From assembly GCA_001599295.1 (NCBI GenBank), contig BCGN01000004.1, positions 1,182,138-1,240,655 on the forward strand: a stretch of DNA of 58,518 nt, written 5' to 3'. The position numbers and the translations under genes are program-made. Shown here piece after piece: positions 10,748 through 21,763 of this stretch. The stretch is from Sporopachydermia quercuum. Lineage: Eukaryota. Numbering within the stretch: position 1 is the first letter of the stretch; each line of letters starts with the position of its first letter. Below the pieces are notes generated by a model. The model did not search any database. It worked only from the letters and a program-made list of their open reading frames with translations, and was not told where the DNA came from.

Positions 10748-12013
10748 TCAGATATTATCCTTACCGAACTCAAAAGATTCAGAAGCGTCCTTTTGATCAT
10801 CAGAAACTCTGTAGGCTTTGGTAGCTGGACGTGTGGCCAAAGATTCTTGATACTGAGCTAAACCATCTCCGTAGACATCTCTACGGTAAGCATTGTAAGT
10901 TTCTATTCGTTTGTTCTTTCCAACTTGTCCAGCTTTGCTTAACATACCGCAAATTAAATCAGTGCTTCTGATTGAATCATCATTTGCAGGAATTGGGTAA
11001 GTAACCAAAGAAGGCTCAGAGTCAGTATCAATAATACCAATGGTAGGAATGCATACTTGAGCAGCTTCTGCAAGAAGAACCCTGTTTTCAACAGGATTCA
11101 AAACAACGATGAGATCTGGTTTGATTACTGCTTCAGATTCAAAAGGAGTAACTTCTCGCGGAGCAGCTTTATCGCCCATGTCTATATATTGACGAGGGAA
11201 TCCTTTCAAAACAGAAACACCATTAGTCAAAGAGCCAGGCACCCATCTCCTGGAAACGTAAAAACCATTGACACGCTTTGCTGCTTCATAAACACTTCTA
11301 TATTGACCTTCCCTTGTTCCAACGAAGGCAATAACACCACCAGCTTCGGCGACACCTTCTACTACCTTTGCAGCTTTTCTTAAATGAACTAGTGTTTGGT
11401 TTAAATCTATTATGTGAAGATCATTATGTACACCATAGATGTATGGTTGTGTTGAGTCTCTCCATAAGGATTTATGATGACCCAAATGACATCCAGCGGC
11501 AAGCAACATCGACAGAGTCGCTGATGAGGCATTCTTTGGTTTCAAATTGTCTAAATGAGGTCTGTAGATATTTTCAATCACAGATCCATGACTTCCATAT
11601 TGAGTATTAGCAAATTGTCTCCGTAAATACAGTTCTTGTTCTGAATAAGGCTCCTCAGGGTTTGTTAAACGAACGTTAGGGAAATTCTTCAATAAAGGAC
11701 TTGTTGACGTAGACTGGTCTTCTGTGACAACAACTTCATCCATTTTTTCAATATACTTTTCTAAGAGCTTTCTAAGCTCTTGTGACAAAGCTTGAATTTT
11801 TGCATTTTCTGATCCAGACTTGACTAGCTGAACAAGCTCTTCAAAGTTGAAGTTATCGATAGCAGTGTTACTTTCTGGTTCTTCAGCAACTTTCAGCCTG
11901 ATTTCTTCAGCTAGCCGCCGTGCACTGGTGTTTAAACTTCTTGTNCGCACCACAGTACTACCCGTGTATTCCTTTAAGGCACTACGGCCTATGAAACGAA
12001 AGCTTCGTTGCAT
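10748..12013 (-). CDS. MRP4: Mitochondrial small-subunit ribosomal protein uS2m
   Basis: LLAAGCHLGH, HIIDL, RWVPGSLTN, PTIGIIDTD and PIPANDDSIRS motifs, with an Arg-rich presequence. Syntenic with YHL004W. Confidence 0.95.
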   Translation of the reverse strand: MQRSFRFIGRSALKEYTGSTVVXTRSLNTSARRLAEEIRLKVAEEPESNTAIDNFNFEELVQLVKSGSENAKIQALSQELRKLLEKYIEKMDEVVVTEDQSTSTSPLLKNFPNVRLTNPEEPYSEQELYLRRQFANTQYGSHGSVIENIYRPHLDNLKPKNASSATLSMLLAAGCHLGHHKSLWRDSTQPYIYGVHNDLHIIDLNQTLVHLRKAAKVVEGVAEAGGVIAFVGTREGQYRSVYEAAKRVNGFYVSRRWVPGSLTNGVSVLKGFPRQYIDMGDKAAPREVTPFESEAVIKPDLIVVLNPVENRVLLAEAAQVCIPTIGIIDTDSEPSLVTYPIPANDDSIRSTDLICGMLSKAGQVGKNKRIETYNAYRRDVYGDGLAQYQESLATRPATKAYRVSDDQKDASESFEFGKDNI

Positions 12014-12699
12014 CTTGGTATTCTATCAATTATCAACTACTTCAATTAAATGCAATTCAAGGAATGGGAATCAATAAACTCCCAAAAGCACAGCCTATGT
12101 ATAAACTTGAGAATGTTGAACGACAGCAACATCTATAGGAATGACTGGAGTCTTATTATTCTAGCTTGGCAAATTAGCTAATAACTCAATATCATCACTC
12201 TCGTTCTCATGGTTCTCAATCCATTTATATTGTCCTGTTGATTTGATCATATATAGTTTTCCACTTCTCCATTTCATCCGCAGCTAGTTTGCACAGTCTG
12301 ATTAGTGCTGAGGATTACCGTGAACCGTTCTTCTGGCATGCACATTGCAGAACAACTAACAAGAACATCATGTCTCATTATGGAAAGTTGAAACAACACA
12401 TGTAATATATAGATAATGCAGGACTCTGCAGATAAAAACCTTAAAACATAAACAGGAAATTAAGTTCATAATATGATGTTGTAGTTGAGAGACTTGATAT
12501 AGCTGTGGATAGTTGTAGGTTGGCTGTTCGAAGTGTTGATCAACGGAACTGGTTTGGTGATTAATTAAGGCTCCAAAGAAGATACCATAGACTGTTAAGT
12601 GGCCAAAAAAAGAAAGCGAACAGGAAAAAGGTGGAAAGCTAACAGTGGAAGACATAAGCTAGAAGAATGAATGATTGGTAGCAGAGAAATTACAATCAG

Positions 12700-13377
12700 A
12701 TGTTGTATCTGGCTACATTTGATAGATTGATCAGTGAAACGATCTCTCGGTACATTGAGCTCAAGGCAGCGTTAGACAATAGCAATGTTAATGTTCAAGC
12801 TAAGATTGTAGTTTTTGACAAAAGCTTGCTTCAACCAGCAAGTATCAATGTTAAAGACAAAGACTTATCCACTAGAATTGCTTCATTGGCGATTGATGTC
12901 ATGTATATGCCGAATATGAGTTATTTATTGCAACAATTGAAGACCTGGAATGAAAATGCAGTAAAAAATAGCAATTTTATTTATTTGATCTCAATATGGG
13001 GATTACTTGAATGCTATGAAAGGTTCTATTGTAATAGAATCAAAGGGGAAACATTAAATACACACCCTAGCACACCAATTGGGTCCGAGCTTGATGAATC
13101 TCCTCCCATTAGAGATTCAATTGACGGGAAACAATTCTCCTCTTCTTTTTTAACATTATTAATGATGATTTTGCATCAGTTGGGAAAATATAAAGACTTC
13201 AGATACGATCGCAACATCATTTTTGGGGAGAGAGAATCAATCGATCTTGAGGAAGTAAAATTACCTATACAGCTTTCACCGACTGGTAGAAAAACTCCAT
13301 CCAAAAGGGCATCGGCAGTAGAATGGATAAATTTGAGCCAATTTACTAAGAAATGGCAGGATATAGAGTACCTCTAG
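12700..13377 (+). CDS. SHU1: Probable Shu complex subunit Shu1 (divergent Rad51 paralog)
   Basis: 225-aa ATG ORF divergent from MRP4, as YHL006C is. Hydrophobic patterns IDVMYMPNMSYL, LISIWGLLE, FLTLLMMILHQL and KKWQDI resemble recalled Shu1 blocks. Confidence 0.6.
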   Translation: MLYLATFDRLISETISRYIELKAALDNSNVNVQAKIVVFDKSLLQPASINVKDKDLSTRIASLAIDVMYMPNMSYLLQQLKTWNENAVKNSNFIYLISIWGLLECYERFYCNRIKGETLNTHPSTPIGSELDESPPIRDSIDGKQFSSSFLTLLMMILHQLGKYKDFRYDRNIIFGERESIDLEEVKLPIQLSPTGRKTPSKRASAVEWINLSQFTKKWQDIEYL

Positions 13378-13536
13378 AAGTTTTTAAAGCAAGAATGTGT
13401 TAAAAACTCTACCAAAATGTTCTATGGTTGCATTTACATAACTTGGTCATGCTAAGAAACCATAGAATTTACAGATTGAACCCTCATCTACCGACCTATG
13501 ATTATAACAGCGTTTATTAATCTACATGCAGAAATT

Positions 13537-14405
13537 TTATTCATTCTCTTCAGTTTCATCTTCTAGAATCTTTTCAGCGGTTGAACTTTTAACATCATAA
13601 TATCCAACTAGTTTGACTGTGAACTCAGAGCAAGCAATGCCAAACTGTTTCAGAATAAGAGCTTGACGAACGTCTAGAACTTCACCTTCTTCACAAACCT
13701 TATAATCATTATCTAAAACAATCTTACCACTCTTAATTCTAGTAGGTATCTTAAACTTATTTCTGAACATTTCTTCTACTGAATGGGTCATTGGGACATC
13801 ATTCTCTATTGGTATTTGNCCACCTCTGGAATATACAATACCTGCAGGGATTGTGAATNAGACGGGTGACTTATTGTTTGCTCTAGCAAAGTCACTTCTG
13901 GTGTAATTATCAAAATAGTTTCTAACAACTTCTGGTGTTTCATCGGTGAAAAGATATCCAAAACTGCCACCGATCTTCGATGTCCAGTTAGATACTTTAT
14001 ATAAGTTGTCTTTATATTCTTCCTCCGCAGACGTACCTAATGCCTTTTCTAAAACCTTTCTCTTTCCGAGTATTATCTTTGATCCTTGCCAATCCTTTCT
14101 GATATCTTGCAAAAAGTTGGTTCGAGGGTTATCAAGTTGGAAAACCCATGTGTATTGATAAGTATCCAAAGCTTTCCTCACTTCATCAAACAACCTCTCT
14201 TTGATCTCTCTTCCTTTTTTTTCAGTTTGCGACAGCGTCACTACAAATTGTTAGTCAATCAATTTCAGGATAGTTTGGAATCTGACCCTGTACGGCTTCT
14301 GATGATTGTATGCATGGAACAAATCAGCCAAAAGTCAGCTTCTTATTGATAACCCATAAATGTCTGAGAGTACTTACCAAGCTTAGATCTCCTTGACTTA
14401 GGCAT
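13537..14405 (-). CDS. MRT4: Ribosome assembly factor Mrt4, 2 exons: 14405-14378, 14240-13537
   Basis: MPKSRRSKL|VTLSQTEKKGRE..., LFTDE, DFARA and LDVRQALILKQFG. Intron 14377-14241 has GTAAGT, GACTAAC and TAG. Confidence 0.97.
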
Positions 14406-14594
14406 TTTGTGTGTATATTCGTTCTATTTTCGATACTTCTAGTTGATACTTTAAAGTAATGCTGCAATGCTACAATGCTACAGAAGAACAATTTATATGC
14501 TTCGCACCGATTACTAACGAGCTTTTAACAACATGAATCATATCCCACCTCACTATATAACATTGTACTTAAGAGCCTGTAGCACCATAATAAT

Positions 14595-14646
14595 TGAAAA
14601 AATTTGTTATATGAGAGGAAATTTTCCAATCTCTCGAATTACCCGG
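14595..14646. promoter_or_regulatory. RRPE-like element (TGAAAAAATTT 14595-14605) and Reb1 site (TTACCCGG 14639-14646) upstream of MRT4
   Basis: Exact Reb1 consensus and an RRPE-like motif about 200-240 bp upstream of a ribosome-biogenesis gene. Confidence 0.6.
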
Positions 14647-15561
14647 CTAGATTAAATTGATCTTTAACAACCGATTACATAATCTTTAAGATAAGGGAAT
14701 AAAAAGCCTAAGGCGAGGGGTGCATGGAGATCTACGGAGAAGCGTGTCATTTTGGAGATAGAGATGTTTGATAGAATAGCATAATTGGCTGTCAGACATA
14801 ATCAACTAATAGATGAAAATATCCCATATAACGATATTAGGTTTTGGTGTTTAAAAAGGGACAATATATTGCATTTCATCCTTGAAAACTCTCCTATCGT
14901 CCATCTTCCTTCACTACTACCTTATTCATCCTTATTCATCTAATTAATCTCAATTGACATTGGCTCATTATATTCAACCCTATGCAACGACGTAATTCAT
15001 AATTTAACTATACAATTTAGAATAAACAGTCTCATACCTAAAAGAAGTCAACTCTTCCATTTCTCAACTTAAATTCACTGCTAAATGAAATATTATATCC
15101 TCTTTCATTCCTCTAACTCGTTCGTTAACTTACCTTATCTATGAACATCAGATCTCCTTCCCCTTGATACCATTTCCGTCTCATATCAGATATCGCCGTT
15201 ATTCGTTGCTGAGTTATCTTAACTCCATTTGCATTTTATCATATCTCATTGTTGCGACTGTATTCAAAAGGTGGTTTAGTTATGAAAAGAGAAGAAAACT
15301 CCTAATATTTTCATACTTTTGTTCTGGTTTGTCTTTTGAATTAGTCTAGTAGTAATTATATGGATTTATAAAGGAATTTGCACTGTACAAAGTATAGAAG
15401 GTTTACTTGTGCAGCCAGCATCTAAGCTCTTACCACAGACCAAAAGGTGCAGATACCAAACATAAAGAACAACAGTGATAAGAGACGCATTCTGAATTTG
15501 TAACAGACAAATAAAAATCTATTGCCATTTGATTATTAAAATCAAAGAGGGTAGTTCTGAT

Positions 15562-18500
15562 ATGGCAGGTGGAGCCTCAAAAAGTCGTTTGGGAAAGCAA
15601 AAGTTTGGAAGCTCCAACTCATTGGTTTCGCCATCCGCATCTAAGTTAAGGAAGATGAAGCAGAACAAGGCAGATAGTTCTCCTTCAAAAGAAAGGTTAG
15701 AAAAGACCTCTCGCGACAAGCATAAAACAAAACATTCCGATATAATAATTGAACCGGAAAGTTCATCTGCTTCATTTGGAACCAACTTTCCCATTACTGC
15801 ACATCCAGATGATATTACCATGACTGACCGTGATTCTGATGGAGAGAACGATGAGTTTATGTACGAAGTTGATGAAGAAGGTAACGATGAAGAACTATCA
15901 CAGCCTATGGATACATTCAACCCATTATCTTCTCCACGACATCGTCGATCAGATGCCTACAGAATTTTGGCTCAACTAGCAGAAGAAGATACGGACTCGG
16001 ACCTCGAATCATCAGGCTCGACAGAACTAGTTCCACATTTGGGTCAACAGGCAACTGATCATTCTATTTACCATGATGACGGCGAGGAAGAAGACGATAA
16101 CAGTGATGACGAGGATTATAATGATGGCTCTGATATGGGAAATGATTCTGAAAATGACTTCGAATCTGATGTGAATGCTGCCAAGGAGTTCATTCGACTG
16201 GCCAGTGGTGGAGTAGATGAAGACGCAGAAGAGGACGAAGGAGACGTCGATAATGAGGAAGAAGAGGACGAAGAAGAAGACGATGAAGAAGAAGATGAGG
16301 AAGATCATGAAAGTGATGCCGAGTTATCGTCACTTCGGTTTGGAAGATTCAGAAATAGTACCCATCAGGGATTATCAGCTCTTCTCAATATGGGTTCTCC
16401 TTCCTCGCGCGATAGTCAAGAATTTGATCCTTTAATGGAACTAGCATCAACGCTTCTAGGTATGTCGAATTCACGCATCGGAAATCTAGTTCAAACAATA
16501 TCTCGTGATTTAGAAGAAGATAATCCATATGGTGTTTTAGAGCCTTTACAGGAGCTNTGTGAGTCGCTATTAATGTTATCAGCAATGGAAATTGAACGCG
16601 GGGTTCCGGCCGGAAAAATCTCACAAGTTCTAGTTGCAATAATGAACCATCCTGTATTAGAAGAAAGTCTAGAAACACAGTTATTAGCAGCAAGAGCTGT
16701 TTTCAATTTGATTGAAGCTAATTATAATTATGGAGCTGATATTGTTGCCGCTGGTGGTTTGCAAGCTCTAAAATCTAAACTATCCAATATTGCTTATATC
16801 GATTTAGCCGAGCAAGCTTTACAGACGTTTGAAACTCTTTCCAGAGTGGTAGGACGCGATGTCCTATACTCTGGTGCTGTTGACGCTGCTTTAGAGTATG
16901 TTGATTTTTTCACAGTTCATAATCAACGAAAGGCATTGGCAATTGCTGCTAATTGTTGTCAATCAGGTAGAAGTATATCTCTAGGTGTTGTGAAGGATAT
17001 CTTCCCTATATTAGAGACAATTGCTACCAATAATAGTGATAGTATTGTTGTTGAAAATTCTTGGCTTGCCATCACCGGAATTATATCAGGGTTAACTAAA
17101 CCTGAGGATATTGAAAAAATGGTCAGTGAAAAGCTTTTAAAAGATATGCTTCAAGTTATTTCCCAAGGTAAAGATTTATCTATTGTTTTACGCATTGTTG
17201 GTAATTTATCAAGAAGTGTTGTAATCAGTAGAAAGTTAGCTAATAGAATAATGGTGCTGGATAACTTAAGTGAAACAATCAAAAGTTGTTTTAAAGGATT
17301 TTCAAAATATTCTAGCTCCCAAAACAATGATACTACTATTGGACCAAATCACATCACCATTAATGAAGAATCACCAGAAAGTTCGGAACCTGAGCATGAA
17401 TCTGTTTCCATGGCTGAAATTATTTCTGTTCCTAAAGAGCTTGTTAGAACTGTGATTGAGTTTGTACGTAACCTTCTTCCTACGACTAGTATATCAGAAA
17501 AGTATACTACTGACAAGAAGATAACAGGTTCTGGAAATAGTAGCGATAAGGAAGAATTGTCAGAAGAAAGTATTAAAGTGCTATCTGAACACTGCAAAGA
17601 TCTTCTTCCTTTATTACTGGATGTTTATCCTGATACTGTTGTTCCTGAGATCAAGAAAGCTTGTATAGAAGGTATTTCAAGAATGGTTTCATTTCTTACT
17701 TTAGAGAGCATCAAAAAGATTCCTAGAGGTCTAGAGCTTTGCGGCTTAACATTTAGTATATTATCACATTATAAGTACACCTTTGGAGAAGATGAAGGAA
17801 TCAAAGGTATCCCTACTAAAACAGGAAGAGACATTTTAACTTGGACCCTATTAATAGTTCTAGTTCTGCTTGAAAAATTCCCAGACTATTATGTATTTGA
17901 ACTAGAACAAGAAGGCATCTTGAAAGAGATTGAAAAGATCAAAGAGTTTGTCAAGATTGAAGAAAAATCCGAGTCTGATGAAGAAGAAGAAGGTGAAAAT
18001 GAAGGAGACTCAGATGGTACCGAACTGAGAAATAGAGTTATTGGTAGAATTGTTGGTAGTAGGTATACTATTACCAGAAGATCGTTTATTGGGGAAACCG
18101 TTGAGGAGTTTAAGAAAAAGCTGAACAAAATCAGTAAAGACATACTGTTAGTTGCAGCAAGTACATTAGAATCATTTGGTGGAATTAGAGATACTGTTCC
18201 GAAACAAAGAATTCAATCTATTGTTTCTAATATATCCGAAATTAGGAACAATAAAACGCATAATGTTTCCAATTGGGTATCTATTTTCCAACAGCTTCAG
18301 GCCCTTGTTTCTGATCAGGAGCATAAAGCTTCCAGCATAGAATTATTGAACTCTGGACTAATAGGAGTTCTATGGAGATTGTTAAGAGATGATGCTACTG
18401 CTTCGTACGCATTTGGTCAAGTATTTATAAACGTTGGTTCATTAACTTCGCTTATAGCGCTGCTTGATAAACTGCAAGAAGCACTAGCTAGAGTTGAGAC

Positions 18501-20817
18501 TTTTGAAATAGCCACTTCGGGCTACTCGGACATTATCTTTTATAGTAGATTGAACGGACCAGCTAAGACATCCGTGATGGCTAAGCAGATTCGAATCAAG
18601 CTAGTGCCAGAAGAAGAAAGCACAAAGTTGATTGGAGACAATAAATCAAACGATGAAGGTAGCTCTGAAGCCAGTGCAGAAGGACAATCAGACACTGACA
18701 GTGAATACAAAAACAAAACTGTCATCGTTGCCGTTCATGCTATCGCTACTTTCCGCACGATCAATAGGTTCCTTACTGGTTGGCAGTCACTAGGNCTTGG
18801 TAGAAGGATACCAGATCAGGATAATGAAAATCAGTTCCATATGGAGTTTTATCAAAATGGAAACCTCATACCTAATGATACTACAATATATGGAGCCGTT
18901 CGAAATCAAATGACGGATTCTGAAGGTAATGTTGATGCATTCCACTTATGGAATGAATCTCATGTAATCAATTATAAGAAAGTGTCAGGACCAATTCCGA
19001 AAGAAACTCCTTTGGGAGCTTCTCGAGGTCAACTTTACCCTGCTTATTTCAGCTCTGACGAAGAAGATCTACTGGAATTGCTAGGTATAACTGAATCCAT
19101 TTTAGAAGTTTTACAACTGCTTAAACAACTATTTACATTATTCTCCAGATTCAAACATATGATGACTCCTAAAGCTTCTCCTGCTGCAATTGCTAAAATA
19201 ACGGAACATTTTTTGAATCCAAAGATCAGTGTAAAGTTGTCCAGACAGTTAGAAGAGATTTTAGTTGTTGCCAGTGGCACTTTACCTTCTTGGAGTGTAA
19301 ATCTAACAAGAATGTACTCTTTTCTTCTACCGTTCGAAAGAAGACTAGAATTCTTGAAATTTACATCGTTCGGTTATTCAAGATTGATCCAAGCAGCATC
19401 AGAAGACGATGAACCTTCATTAAGTCGTGATTCTACTTCAAGCTCGTCGGCACGAGACGCTATAAGAAGACATGATTTAGGAAGACTTATTCGATATAAA
19501 GCTAGAGTGTCACGTGAAAATATACTAGGATGTGCTATGAAGATTCTACTATTATATGGATCAAGTCCAAATGTTCTAGAGATTGAGTATTTTGACGAAG
19601 AAGGATCTGGACTAGGTCCTACTCTTGAATTCTATTCGAAAGTGTCAAAAGAACTATGTAGGAAGCAGTTGAAGTTATGGAGAGAGAACAACTCAGATGA
19701 CTTGGGATTTACAGAAAGTGAGAGCGGAGATGATGATGATGACCACAAATCTAAGGCAAATTACACAGGAATTGATTCAAATGAGTTTGTTTATAGCAAA
19801 AATGGGCTTTTCCCTGCTCCATTGGATAAAGCTCAATTGTCGAGCAACAATGGTCAGAAGCTTCTGAAGCTTTTCTCAGTTCTCGGGAAATTTGTAGCTA
19901 GATCATTACTTGATAGCAGATTGATTGATTTGCCATTCAATGAAGTATTCTTTCATTTGGCTCATAGAATGGAAGAACGGGATGGATCAGATTTAGTCTT
20001 TGATGATGATGATGAAGATGCAGACATATTGGATCAATTGGAATTAGTTTCCAGAGTTGATATTAAACTTGGTAGATCATTACGTATGCTCTATAGGTAT
20101 GTTGAAGCTGACAAGCTCAAGAAGCAGAAATCAAATGGTATCCCTGTTGAACACGATGAAAATGATATATCTGGAAAGCTGGCTATTGATGGAGTGGAAG
20201 TTGAAGATTTAGCATTGGATTTTACACTTCCAGGTTACCCTGAGATTGAACTGAAGGAAAATGGTGAAATGATCAATGTTACTTTGGCCAATATCGAAGA
20301 GTTTATTAGGCTTGTAATCGACCTTACGATAGGATCGGGGGTCCAAGCACAATTGAAAGCCTTTAGAGAAGGATTTTCAGAAGTATTCCCGTACTCTGCA
20401 ATGCTTGTTTTTTTCCCAGAGGAAATGGTCAAATTGTTTGGCAATGCTGATGAAGATTGGAGCTTACCCACCTTAGCTAATTCTCTAAAAGCTGATCATG
20501 GATATATGATGTCTAGTCCTGCAATTACTGACTTATTGAGTATTATGAGCGAATTTTCAATTGAAGAGAGACGATTGTTCTTACAATTCGTTAGTGGAAG
20601 TCCTCGATTACCTGTTGGGGGATTTAAAGCATTAAAGCCAACATTCACTATTGTTTGCAAACAGTGCGAGGCACCTTTGAAATCCAATGACTATTTACCT
20701 AGTGTGATGACCTGTGCAAATTATTTGAAGCTTCCTAGTTATAGCTCTAGAGAAGTTATGAAGGCCAAATTAATCCAAGCAATGAACGAAGGTTCTGATT
20801 CTTTCTTGCTTTCATGA
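15562..20817 (+). CDS. UFD4: HECT E3 ubiquitin ligase Ufd4 (TRIP12 family)
   Basis: ARM region (AYIDLAEQALQ, YVDFFTVHNQRKALAIAANCC) and HECT domain (EEGSGLGPTLEFY, YLPSVMTCANYLKLP, SFLLS). First ATG at 15562. Long acidic N-terminus. Confidence 0.97.
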   Translation: MAGGASKSRLGKQKFGSSNSLVSPSASKLRKMKQNKADSSPSKERLEKTSRDKHKTKHSDIIIEPESSSASFGTNFPITAHPDDITMTDRDSDGENDEFMYEVDEEGNDEELSQPMDTFNPLSSPRHRRSDAYRILAQLAEEDTDSDLESSGSTELVPHLGQQATDHSIYHDDGEEEDDNSDDEDYNDGSDMGNDSENDFESDVNAAKEFIRLASGGVDEDAEEDEGDVDNEEEEDEEEDDEEEDEEDHESDAELSSLRFGRFRNSTHQGLSALLNMGSPSSRDSQEFDPLMELASTLLGMSNSRIGNLVQTISRDLEEDNPYGVLEPLQEXCESLLMLSAMEIERGVPAGKISQVLVAIMNHPVLEESLETQLLAARAVFNLIEANYNYGADIVAAGGLQALKSKLSNIAYIDLAEQALQTFETLSRVVGRDVLYSGAVDAALEYVDFFTVHNQRKALAIAANCCQSGRSISLGVVKDIFPILETIATNNSDSIVVENSWLAITGIISGLTKPEDIEKMVSEKLLKDMLQVISQGKDLSIVLRIVGNLSRSVVISRKLANRIMVLDNLSETIKSCFKGFSKYSSSQNNDTTIGPNHITINEESPESSEPEHESVSMAEIISVPKELVRTVIEFVRNLLPTTSISEKYTTDKKITGSGNSSDKEELSEESIKVLSEHCKDLLPLLLDVYPDTVVPEIKKACIEGISRMVSFLTLESIKKIPRGLELCGLTFSILSHYKYTFGEDEGIKGIPTKTGRDILTWTLLIVLVLLEKFPDYYVFELEQEGILKEIEKIKEFVKIEEKSESDEEEEGENEGDSDGTELRNRVIGRIVGSRYTITRRSFIGETVEEFKKKLNKISKDILLVAASTLESFGGIRDTVPKQRIQSIVSNISEIRNNKTHNVSNWVSIFQQLQALVSDQEHKASSIELLNSGLIGVLWRLLRDDATASYAFGQVFINVGSLTSLIALLDKLQEALARVETFEIATSGYSDIIFYSRLNGPAKTSVMAKQIRIKLVPEEESTKLIGDNKSNDEGSSEASAEGQSDTDSEYKNKTVIVAVHAIATFRTINRFLTGWQSLXLGRRIPDQDNENQFHMEFYQNGNLIPNDTTIYGAVRNQMTDSEGNVDAFHLWNESHVINYKKVSGPIPKETPLGASRGQLYPAYFSSDEEDLLELLGITESILEVLQLLKQLFTLFSRFKHMMTPKASPAAIAKITEHFLNPKISVKLSRQLEEILVVASGTLPSWSVNLTRMYSFLLPFERRLEFLKFTSFGYSRLIQAASEDDEPSLSRDSTSSSSARDAIRRHDLGRLIRYKARVSRENILGCAMKILLLYGSSPNVLEIEYFDEEGSGLGPTLEFYSKVSKELCRKQLKLWRENNSDDLGFTESESGDDDDDHKSKANYTGIDSNEFVYSKNGLFPAPLDKAQLSSNNGQKLLKLFSVLGKFVARSLLDSRLIDLPFNEVFFHLAHRMEERDGSDLVFDDDDEDADILDQLELVSRVDIKLGRSLRMLYRYVEADKLKKQKSNGIPVEHDENDISGKLAIDGVEVEDLALDFTLPGYPEIELKENGEMINVTLANIEEFIRLVIDLTIGSGVQAQLKAFREGFSEVFPYSAMLVFFPEEMVKLFGNADEDWSLPTLANSLKADHGYMMSSPAITDLLSIMSEFSIEERRLFLQFVSGSPRLPVGGFKALKPTFTIVCKQCEAPLKSNDYLPSVMTCANYLKLPSYSSREVMKAKLIQAMNEGSDSFLLS

Positions 20818-21093
20818 AGAGCCATAGCAAAGTTTTTTTCTAACTATTTATTATTTTCTAAGGAGTTTTAGTGTTCATAATATTTTTTTCTTGATTTTTT
20901 ATTGGTTGATGTTTTTCTATTTCTTTTATAACGGTTCTGGTGAATAGGTACGGTGATTATTATTGTTAATGTTTTATGAGATTAGCGAGCATAATGTATA
21001 TTTCTAACTTGTAGCATAAATGGCCGCTAGATCACATGATATTAAACAAATGTTGGAATATGCAGCGCTTTCCGTTGTATTTCCTGTATCAGA

Positions 21094-21101
21094 TCACGTG
21101 A
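21094..21101. promoter_or_regulatory. Cbf1-type E-box TCACGTGA, with a near copy ATCACATGAT at 21031-21040, upstream of the Gemin8-like gene
   Basis: Exact palindrome about 200 bp upstream of ATG 21299. Confidence 0.4.
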
Positions 21102-21298
21102 TGTTACACAGAGANTTTGGCACAAGTTTCTCCAAAAAAATCCAAAGTCAAGCCTTTCCTACCTAACGACGAACTGTTTACTAAATTGACTCTTTATTCG
21201 GTCTATGAATGGAAAGTAGATGAAGCGATACTCTTCAGCATTCATAGACATTCAAAACAATCAGAAGGTTTTAGTGAAAAAGCGGTCGGTTCTATGAA

Positions 21299-21763
21299 AT
21301 GAAAACTCCTTCTATAAGTGAAGATGATCTGCGGAGATTCAACTACCAACATATAGGTGAAGGCAAGGAACAACTTGCGAAATGGAGTTTAGTTTTACTT
21401 AGTGCAGTAGATCTCAGTCCTAATGAGACCAGTCATAATGAGGAAAGTCCCAGCTTAACTAAAGAGGAAATTAGTTTCTTTCAACGACAAGAAGTTCACA
21501 AGCAAGCATTTGCTAAAGAACAAGCTGAATATAGGAAAGTTACTGAGCTGTATGAGAAAGAAGTTGAACATGAAGTATCACAGATTGAATCAAAAGCTGG
21601 GAAGGCAATACCTGTCTTATTAGAAGTCTACGAAAAGGTATTCAAGAATCCTGAATTAATCGAAAAGGCAAAGAATTTTGATCGAGGAATCGATCTTTAT
21701 TTTGAGCATCTTGCATCTAAAGGTAGAAGCCAGTATTATCCTGCTGCTCCTATTAGACTTTGA
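21299..21763 (+). CDS. Gemin8-like protein (putative SMN complex subunit; fungal DUF3807-like N-terminal half)
   Basis: 154 aa. LTKEEISFFQRQEVHKQ and the terminal DLYFEHLASKGRSQYYPAAPIRL parallel the recalled Gemin8 blocks ITEELRQYFAETERHRE and [23 protein letters not shown]. Confidence 0.7.
   Translation: MKTPSISEDDLRRFNYQHIGEGKEQLAKWSLVLLSAVDLSPNETSHNEESPSLTKEEISFFQRQEVHKQAFAKEQAEYRKVTELYEKEVEHEVSQIESKAGKAIPVLLEVYEKVFKNPELIEKAKNFDRGIDLYFEHLASKGRSQYYPAAPIRL

Noticed and set aside
12368..12655. 95-aa minus-strand ORF
   Set aside because: Lies in the MRP4/SHU1 divergent promoter, has no motifs and has non-coding composition.
15128..15175. ACTTACCTT resembling the U1 snRNA 5' end
   Set aside because: No U1 stem-loop I (GATCANGAAG) or Sm site downstream.
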